From NCBI RefSeq assembly GCF_009914755.1, contig NC_060933.1: a DNA stretch of 64,000 nucleotides; one strand, given 5' to 3'. A program made the position numbers and the translations under genes. The notes under the pieces were generated by a model, which was not told where the DNA came from, did no database searches, and was given only the letters and a program-made list of their open reading frames with translations. The stretch is from the human T2T-CHM13v2.0 reference genome, Homo sapiens. Positions within the stretch are counted from its first letter, which is position 1, and each line of letters starts with the position of its first letter. Of the stretch, positions 53,150 to 64,000 are shown piece by piece.

Positions 53150-54300
53150 GGAAAACAGTAACTACCATCTGTGAAGTGCCTACTATAGTCTAGGCATTGT
53201 GTAAAGTTCTTTACCTACATTATTTCATTTAATCCCCTCAAGAACAGCATGAAGTAGGTATTTTGTTGTCTGCATTTTACAAATGAGTCTCAGGGAAGGT
53301 AAGTACTTTGTCTATAGCTGTACAGCCTTTAGGGGAGGAGGCAGACTTTTAAGGGGAATCCACCTTGAGGCAGGAGGAATCCACATTGAAGGGGAATTGG
53401 AAGCACTCCACTCCCCTGACTGACTGCTTCCGACTTCAGCTGTGGCTCTGTCCTCCCCACCCACTCTGGTCCCACTGTATAACTCAGCATTTTCTCCACG
53501 TGACATAATTCTTGAGGTCTTGTGTTTGCTCATGCTGTTTTCTCAGACTGTAATGCCTTTTTTTTCTTCTTTTTATTAATTGTTCAAGTTTCCCCTCAAG
53601 GGGCAATGCCTCTGTGAAACCTTCCTGTACATCTTTTTTGTTGTTGTTGAATCATATGTATGTGAAACCTTTCTAAATATTCCATGCTGTTTCATTTGGC
53701 CTTGCATTCTGGTTACCTGTCTAAATGTCTGTATTTCCTTGCCATACCACCAGATTATACATATTTTGAGATATTTTACATGTGTGTATTTTACACCATG
53801 CCCAGCACACAGTAGGTGCTTTAATAGACATTTACTGAGTGAAGGTCAAGGTGAGAGTTAGTGAAGCTATAAACTAGAGGAGTGGCAATGGAGATGCAAA
53901 GGAGAGGATGGATTGATAAGACCTGGTGACTTTGGATGTGGGGACTGAGGGAGAGGCCAAGATGACTTGAAAGTTTTTCAAGGTAAGAACATCATTGTTA
54001 CTATAGAAGCCAGGAGGTGTTGCTACTTGCGGGGAAAGACACCATTAATAGAGGCGGTAGTAGTAATAATAGCAGCTTCCACTAATTAAATACTTGAATC
54101 ACTCAGCATGCCAAGTGCTTGTCATATATTGCTCACCTATTTCTCATAATAATCTTGTGAGGTGAGCATTATTCTCAATGCATAGATGATGAAATGGAGG
54201 CTCAGAGAGATTAAGCAAACTGCTCAAGGGGGCACAACTAGCAAGCATCAGAACTGAGATGCAAACTCAAGTCTGTCTGACTCCAAAGCTTGTGTCCTGA
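53150..54300. mobile_element. MIR (minus, 53150-53340 and 54060-54300) and L2 fragments
   Basis: catttaatcccctcaagaacagc..; gatgatgaaatggaggctcagagagattaag; cccagcacacagtaggtgct. Confidence 0.7.
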
Positions 54301-55250
54301 AGTATTATCCTCCTGAAAACTGCCGAGTGACTCTATTTCCTGTTCTCCAAGGGGCAGCAGGGGAGGTCTCGCCATTTGCCGACAACTCTTTGTGGTGTCT
54401 GGTGACTGATTGGTGGTCAGTGCCATGTTGGTTCTTCATGACACAGACAATCCCCTGCACACAGATGGGAAGTTCCCAGTGATGGGAGAGAACATGAGAT
54501 GTCTCAGCCAGGCCCTGGATGTCTCCTTGCCTTCCCTCCTTCTCCTCTCGGGCTGTACAAGCTGTTCAGCAGAAGTTCTTAGAGCATCTAGTCTTGTTCC
54601 AAAGAGACATAGCCATGGCCAAAGAGAATCTGAGGAACGCTAGGAAAAGTCACCTCTTCTATGTATTTGGTGTAAACTGGGAAGAAAAGGTCCCAACATA
54701 TCTCATCACAGTCAGCAGTAAACAAATATCTTTATCAATAGCAGCATCAACAGCTTGTATTATAAGTGGGTGTGAGGGATTCCACTTCTTGGAAGGTCAA
54801 GTGTGGGAGATATCCAGGACTCAGGTCACTGAAGTGGGCACATATCCCTAATAACGCAAGAGCCTGGTAATGGAAACAAAGATTTCAAATTTGTCAATGA
54901 TAAAACTTTTCTTAGTTTTTCATCTTGGAGAAAAAGAGTAAGCTAACAGGAAGTACAAAACAGGAATACATATTGCAGAATTCTTTAGGTAATACTATAC
55001 TAGGTTTGTGATTGTATTTTAAGACTGATTACATGAAAGAATATTAATTAGGCCTATGAGAAGTAGCAGTATAAGTGGTTTGACAGAAATGTGAGATGAA
55101 TGTATAGCAGATTTCAGCAGATAATGGCAGAAGAGTTGGGGGATAGGTCTTTTCCAAAGACTAAATGGATTGACTTGTTTATTCCGGCAATGTAAAGGAA
55201 GGAGGAATGATTGTGACTTTCTTCCTGTGATATGAAAATTGAAATGGGTT

Positions 55251-55629
<379 letters not shown>

Positions 55630-55849
55630 CTAAATGCCCAGAAGGATGATGTGTGGGTGAAGAAGCAGAGCAACATAATATGGGAGGGGAACCCCTTCTT
55701 GGCAGATTTTAAAGAATAAAGTAAATGGAAGTCCTTGTTTCTTCAATTAGACAGTGAGTTTTCTTTTAGCTCTATTATTTTATAGAAGTTGTAGATGTTC
55801 TTAGTTTAACTTGTGTTAGTCCCATGTTCAGAAGTAGCTTTAACCTCTA

Positions 55850-56950
55850 TTGCCTACTACGTGACTGAAGAATAATTTGGCATTTTTCCCTTTCAAAGTG
55901 AAGCATGAGCTTTCATAAAAATCTTCCCCCATTGTTGTTACAGCATTTTGGTATGCATTTATATTTCAGTAATTTTAATGTAGTATATTAATTTTGATTA
56001 TAAATGTTTCCACACACATGCCTACTGGTGGTAATATTTTATGTTTACCTTCTCGTTTGTACATTTTATTTGGGAGTAATGCATTCTGATAACTCATTAG
56101 GATACATGGATGGAAAATTTTCATTTTAAAGTAGGATAGTTTTAAGCAACATTAACATTTAATTAGAGCTCTTCACTGCATTTTATTATGAGGTTATTCT
56201 GTAATTACTCAGCAGGTCCTGGTGTTTATTAATGCAGAAGTGACAGCACATAATACAACTAAATTATTGCCACATCTCTGGAAAAGACAATTGGAAAATG
56301 GGGAACAGATAGAGGCATTGTTTAAAGAGCCTCAGGGAAAAACAGCCTCAGAACATAATCCTTATTTTCTTTTGAACCTTTTTTTTCCATGACAATCCAG
56401 AGCAACATATAGCATGTAGACCTCCCCTACTATAGGTTAAGTAGCTTACATAATGGCTCCGGCTGCAATTTTCACATTTTGCATGAAACCGTTTTCTTGC
56501 AAGAGTAGATGTGAAGTGGAGCCTGTTAGATATAGTTCTAAATTGCTCAGATACATTATATGTGGGGAGAGTAGAAACCTTCAAATAAATGCCAGAAACT
56601 GAGGTTTCTAAGAAGCTTTATGCTTTTTAAATAATCATCCTTTTCTCCTTTTTAATTAGAATACAGATATTATATTATGACCAGAGAACATAATGGTTAG
56701 AAAGCTCCATCAAATGCACTCTGACCCTTTATAACACTGCAGGGATGTGCAGGCTGTAATTTTCATATATGAGTGCCCTGAAATTCTTCTTTCCTTTTTA
56801 AGTTTTCTTTTATGCAGACCTCATAATCCTGCTGCTAATTTGATTCCCTGTCCGTTTTCCTCATTATGCCCAAGCTGCTTCTGGACACTTAAAGTGAATT
56901 GAGGCAACTATTTTGATATTGTGGGTGAAAATTAGTTTTAACTAAGACAT
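55850..56950. promoter_or_regulatory. Repeat-free AT-rich block, candidate conserved enhancer
   Basis: FOX (TGTTTAC/TGTTTAT), posterior HOX/CDX (TTTTATTA), MEIS (TGACAG) and SOX (CATTGT) motifs. Confidence 0.38.
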
Positions 56951-56961
56951 CCAGATAACAG

Positions 56962-56966
56962 GTGTA

Positions 56967-57032
<66 letters not shown>
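56962..57032. repeat. (TG)n microsatellite
   Basis: About 29 pure TG units. Confidence 0.97.
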
Positions 57033-57035
<3 letters not shown>

Positions 57036-57232
57036 TTGGTCTTGGGGGGTATTGACCTGAGGAGATAACATCTCTGGAATGGGCTACCTTGATAAATCAC
57101 CTGAACTCTCCTCTTCGTATGCACTAGAGCAATGACAGCAGACATTCTTGCTTTATTCCTGATCTTGGGAGAAAAATCATTCAGCCTTTCATCCCTAAAT
57201 ATAATGTTAGCTGTAGATATTTTGTAGGTACT

Positions 57233-57637
57233 TGTATTAGTTTGCTAAGGTTTCCATAACAAAGTACCATCAACTGAGTGGCTTAAATAACAGAAGTTTG
57301 TTTCTCACATTTCTGGAGCCTAGAAGTCCAAGAACCAGGTGTAGGCAGGTTTATTTTCTTTGGAGCTTCTCTTCCTGGCTTGTGGACGGCCTCCTTCTCG
57401 CTATATCCTTATATGGTCTTTCCTCTGTGCGGGCTTATCCCTGGTGCTTCTCTGTTTGTCCAAATTTCCTCTTCTCATAGAGACGACAGTCAGATTGGAT
57501 TAGGGTCCACCCTAACGGCCTCATTTTGATTTAGTTACCTCTTTAAAGGTTCTATCTCCAAACACAGTCACATTCTGAGGTACTGGGGATTAGGGCATTA
57601 CATAAATTTTGGGGTAACACAATTTAGCCCACTGACA
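57233..57637 (-). mobile_element. MLT1B LTR
   Basis: tgtattagtttgcta..cacattctgaggtactgggg..gcccactgaca. Confidence 0.88.
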
Positions 57638-58031
57638 ATACCTTTTATTAGGTTAAGGAAGTTCCACTCTATTTCGGTTTGCTGAGAGTTTTTAAAATCA
57701 CGAATGAATATTGAATTTTGCCAAGTGATATTTTTGCATACATTGATAGGATCATGTGGTTTTCTTTAGAATGTCATAATGATGGGTTACATTGATTGAT
57801 GTTTGCATGTTGAACAAGTATGTTATTCTTTTTTATATCTTGTTGGATTAAATTTGCTAATATTTTATTGAGTGTTTTTGCAAAAATATTCATAAGGCAT
57901 ATCATTTTATTTTCTTGTAATATCTTTGTCTGGACTTAGTATCAGAGTAATGCTGGCCTGATAAAATAAGTTGGGAAGTGTTCCCTTCTCTTTTATTTTC
58001 TGGGAAAGTTTGTTTAGAATCTGTATTATTT

Positions 58032-58320
<289 letters not shown>

Positions 58321-58340
58321 GAATCTGTGTTATTTCTTAA

Positions 58341-58635
58341 TTTTTTTTTTTGAGACGGAGTCTTGCTCTGTCTCCCAGGCTGGAGTGCAGTGGCACGATC
58401 TTGGCTCACTGTAACCTCTGCCTGCTGGGTTACAAGTGATCTTCCTGCCTCAGCCTCCCTAGTAGCTAGGACTACAGGTGCGTGCCACCACTCCCAGCTA
58501 ATTTTTGTATTTTTGGTAGAGACAGGGTTTTACCATGTTGGCCAGGCTGGTCTCAAACTCCTGACCTCAAGTGATCTACCAGCCTCGGCCTCCCAAAAGT
58601 GCTAGGATTACAGAGGTGAGACACCATGCCTGGCC
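58341..58635 (-). mobile_element. AluS
   Basis: Full dimer, tail-to-tail with the preceding AluY. Confidence 0.93.
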
Positions 58636-58942
58636 ATTTCGTCTTTAATGGTTTTGGTAGAATTCATCAATTAAGTACCTGGAGCCTGAAGATTTCTTTT
58701 TCAGGTGATTTTTAACTCCTAATTCAATTTTCCCCAGGTTTTCTATTTCATCTTGAGTGAGTTGTTAGTTTGTGGTTTGCAGAAGTGCTCCATTTTATCT
58801 GTTATTGAATTTATGTGTGTAGAATCGTTTGCAACATCCTCTTATTATTCTTTTAATTTCTACGGTATGTCACCCTTTTTATTCCTGATGTTGGTAGTTT
58901 GTGACTTCTCTGTTTTTTCCTTTGTCAGTGTTGCTAGAAGTT

Positions 58943-59331
58943 TGTATTAGTCTGTTCTCTAATTGCTATTAAGAACTACCTGAGACTGGGTAATTTATAA
59001 AGAAAAAAGGTTTAATTGGCTCACACAGTTTTGTAGGCTATACTGGACGCATGGCTGAGGAGGCCTCAAGAAACTTTCAATCATGGTGGAAGGTGAAGAG
59101 GAAGGAGGCATGCCTTACACGGCTGGAGCAGGAGGAGGAGAGAGCGAGGGTGGGGGTGCTACACACTTTAGAACAACCAGATCTCGTGAGAACTCACTCA
59201 CTAACCCGAGAACAGCAAGGAGGAAATCCACCCTCTGGATCCAATCACCTCCCACCAGGCTCCTCCTCCAACACAGGGGGATTACAATTTTACGTGAGAT
59301 TTAGTCAGGGACACAAATCCAGACCATATCA
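58943..59331 (-). mobile_element. MSTA LTR
   Basis: tgtattagtctgttctc..accagatctcgtgagaactcactcac..ccagaccatatca. Confidence 0.9.
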
Positions 59332-60089
59332 GGTTTATCCGTTTTATTGATCTTCTTTTTTAGTCTTGATGGAAACTTATCAATCGTATTGATCTCTTAA
59401 AGGGAACTACCTCTTTGTTTCACTAATATTCTCTACTGTTTTTCTTTTTTCCGTTTCATTGATTGTTGCTTTTAACTTTTTTATCCTCTTCCTTGTGCTT
59501 GCATTGGATTTATTTTGTTCCAGGTAGAAGCTTAAATGAACTAATTTGAGACCTTCTTTCTTAATGTGAGCATTTAATGCTTTAAATTTCCCTCTAAGCT
59601 CTCCTTTAATTTCATTCCATAATTTTTGATATATTGTAGTTTTATTTTATTCAGTTAAAAATATTTTCTAATTTCCCTTGATAACTCCGCTTTGACCCAT
59701 GGATTATTTAGAAGTATATTGTTTAATTTCCAAGTGTTTTGTAGATTTTCCTGTTATCTTCCTATTATTGATTTCTAGCTTAATTCCATTACAGTCAGGG
59801 AACATACTTTGCATGACTCAACTCTTTGAAATCTATAGGATACACTCTGTCTTGGTGAATGTTTCATAAGTATCTGAAAAAAATGTACAATCTACCTGTC
59901 GAATGAAATGTCCTATAATGAAATTAGATTTAGTTGGTTGATAGTATTGTTCTGTTCTATATCCTTGCTAATTTTATATCTACTAGTTCTGTTGATTAGC
60001 GAGAGAGAAGTATAGAAGTCTCCAATTATAATTTTGGATGTATCTATTTCTTCTTTTAGTTCTCTCACTTTTTAGTTCATGAAGCTTTA

Positions 60090-60401
60090 TGTTTTTTACT
60101 TGTTCATTTGTTTGTTTTGTGACAAGGTCTCACTTTGTCACCCAGGCTGGATTGCAGTGGTGTGAACACAGCTCACTGCAGCCTCAACTTCCCAGGCTCA
60201 AGTGATCCTCCTGCCCTTAGCCCCCCAAGTAGCTGAGACTACAGGTGTGCACCACCACGCCTGGCTAATTTTTGTATTTTTCATGGAGATGGGGTTTTGT
60301 CACGTTGCCCAGGGTTGTCTCAAACTCCTGAGCTCAGGTGATCTGCCCACCTTGGCTTCCCAAAGTGCTAGGATTATAGGTGTGAGCCACTGCGTCCAGC
60401 C
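60090..60401 (-). mobile_element. AluJ
   Basis: J diagnostics (cacagctcactgcagcctcaac..ggctcaag). Confidence 0.9.
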
Positions 60402-61013
60402 TGCTTTGTTGTTAGGTGCATACACATTTAGGATTGTTATGTGTTTTTGATGAACTGACCCTTTTATCATTGTATAATGTCTCTTTATCCCTGGCTCTAA
60501 CATTTACTTTGTCTGTTACTAATAACGCCATGCCAGCTTTCTTTTAATTCGTGTTTGAATGGTATATTCTTTCCATTATTTTACTTAACATACCTATATC
60601 TTTATATTTGTGGTGCATTTCTTGTAGGCAACATGTGATCTCATGTTTTTATTGACTTCTAAATCCATTTATATCCATTCTGATCTCTGTCTTTTAATTG
60701 ATATAGTTAGAATATTTACACTTAATTTAGCATTTACATGTAATTATTGAAATATCTAAATTTGAACCTACTATTTTATTATATGTGTTCTGTTTTTCCT
60801 CTGATTTTTATTTCTCTATTTCCCTTTCAGCTTCTTTTCTGGGGATAGTTGAACAAATTTTAGTATTCTATTTAATTTGTTCATTTTGTCTTTGACCGTT
60901 TTTTGGTATTTCTTTTTAGTAGTTGATCTAGGGATTATAATAACATCATAATAATATATAATAGCATAACTCATAACATTCTACTTAGAATCAATATTAT
61001 ACCTCTTCAAGTA

Positions 61014-61577
61014 TGTTCAGTAAAGGATTAATTCAGCAGGCTTGCAATGTTCAAGGCCTGAACATTCCCAAAAAAGGACTGGCCTTTGACCAGCTTCTGG
61101 GAGGTAATCTCTAAGCCCTTTGAATATCCTGTTTGATAGAAGTATCTTTGTATACCTGGGCCTTGGGCCTTGCCAGATAGTTTATGCCAACAGTGTGATT
61201 TATGACTGGGGCCTTGTCCACGTTGTATCCGTTTGACCTCTGTAGAAGCTGGAGACTGAGTAAGGTTTGTCATATGGATGTTTCATGCCTATGTGGCCAA
61301 CCCCCAAAACAAATCCTGGACACCAAATCCTGGCACTGGTTGGCAGTCAGCCATATGTGTTTTCACACATCATTGTGGGGAAAATTAAGAAGACAACTGG
61401 AAGCTTGCTCTTGGTTTCTCCTGAACTCTGCCCCATGCATTTTTTACCTTTGCTGATTTTATCTGTATCCTTTTGCTGTAATAAGCCGTAACCATGATCA
61501 TTAACAGCTTTTCTGAGTTCTGTGAATCTTTCTAGCAAATCAGTGAACCTGAGTGTGGTTGTAGGGACCCCAACACA
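61014..61577 (+). mobile_element. MER77/MER21C-type solo LTR
   Basis: tg..gtaaaggattaattcagcaggc..gggaccccaacaca; 5-bp TSD aagta/aagtg. Confidence 0.75.
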
Positions 61578-61841
61578 AAGTGAAATGTAGAATCTTGCCA
61601 CCATATGCATCTCTTTATTTTCCACAATCTATGTCATAGTTGTCTTATCTAATACATTTACATACAATAAAAACCTCATCAGATATTGTTGTAACTTTTG
61701 CTTTTGGTTGTCACACATATTTTAAAGACCTCAAGAGGAGATTTGTCTATTATACTTAACCAGATATTTAACATTTCTGTTGCTCTTTCTTCATTCTTAA
61801 TCTTCCACATTTCCTTGTGGTATCATTTTCCTTCTGTCTAA

Positions 61842-62400
<559 letters not shown>

Positions 62401-62438
62401 TCACCTATAAGTAGTGCACTGTTGTCCTTGTCTTTAGG

Positions 62439-62751
<313 letters not shown>

Positions 62752-64000
62752 TGATTATGATGTATTTGGGCATGTATTTCTTTTGGGGCTGGGGCTTACT
62801 GGTTCTCAAATCTGTAAGTTTTATGTTTTATGTCTTTCACCAAAGGTAGTAAATTTTTAGCTGTTATTTCTTTAAATATTTTTTTAGCCCCACACCCTTT
62901 TTCCTTTCCTGATGAGATTCCTGTAACACAGATGTTAGGCTTTTTGGTATAGCACCTTAGGTCACAGAGGCTCCACTCAATTATATTTTTAATTTTTTTT
63001 CTTTCTATTGTTGAACAATTTCTATTGATCTATCTTCAAGTTCACTGATGCATTCATCTGTCATCTTTATTTGCTATTAAGCTCTTTCAGTGAGTTTTAA
63101 AATTTTGGCTATTGTATTTATTAGCCCCAAAATTTCTATTTGATTCTTCTTTCTATTTTCTATTTTTTTTTGCTGGGATTTTCTATCTTTCTGTTTGCTT
63201 TAAGAGTGTTTGCCATACTTCTTGGAGCACTTTTGCATTAGCTGCATTATAATCTCTCTCAGATACTTGCAATATGTGTGTAATCTTGATGTTTGTGTCT
63301 GTTAATCATGTTTTGTTACTTAAGTTGAGATTTTCCTGATTCTTTATATGCTTATTACTTTTGGATTATATCCTGGAAATTTTGAATAATATGATAATAT
63401 GTTATGAGACTCTAGGTCTTGTTTAAATCCTATGGATAATGTTGGTCTTCTTGCTTTAGTAGGCAATTCACTCATTTGGATACAGGCTGTAAGTTCTGAC
63501 CTTTCTTCTGTGGGTTATGGTTTCAATGTCAGTTCTGCTTTCAAAGGTTTTGAAGTGCTATTTGAATCTGTCTCATGTGTGCACCATCCATTGGTCAATC
63601 TGGGACCTGAGCAGTGGTCTATCCTATAGTTTAGTTCTCAAGTCTATGATATCCCACATGTGTAGTTTGAGAGTGAGTCAATGAGCTCATAAACAATGTC
63701 ATGTGGTCACTTTCCTGATCTCCTTCCTTTCTATGATCTTTGTGGTCCTTTCCAGTTCACTGGCCCTATTTTTGTCTTTTTAGGCAGAAAGCTGGAATTT
63801 TGTGATCATAGTTTGCCACAGAAGTCTCATAATTGCACCCGCATCTGGGGCTAAGCAGTAGGAGGAAATAGAAGAAAAAAATCAACTCCTGTTTGAGTTG
63901 ATCCATCCTCATGGGACCACAGCTTCTCTGAGGAGAGAAGAAAGTTTCCATTCCACAAAGTTTTAGGTACCTGTGGACCCTGCTGCTGCTGCTGTTGCTG

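Overview
Human genomic DNA (a near-consensus AluYa5 with all five diagnostic bases is present). The window is intergenic or deep-intronic, and most of it is interspersed repeats. These include about 43 Alu copies or fragments, a 14-kb L1 nest (L1MA host > full-length L1PA7 > MER11 solo LTR > AluY), a 5'-truncated Tigger1, several MaLR/ERV LTRs, and L2, MIR, L3/CR1 and hAT MITEs. I recognise no known protein-coding exon, RNA gene, CpG island or CRISPR array, and nearly all listed ORFs are Alu-, L1- or microsatellite-derived. The most interesting non-repeat signals are a candidate spliced minus-strand transcript or unitary-pseudogene remnant (exons near 38.9, 20.2, 19.7, 19.1 and 19.0 kb) and three motif-rich repeat-free blocks that look like conserved enhancers. 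There are also several retrotransposition or repair scars (TSD-less L1PA7 with host deletion, tailless AluY, probable L1 3' transduction) and a 330-bp compound GAA repeat. Repeat subfamily calls come from remembered consensus sequences and need RepeatMasker/Dfam confirmation. The locus was not identified.
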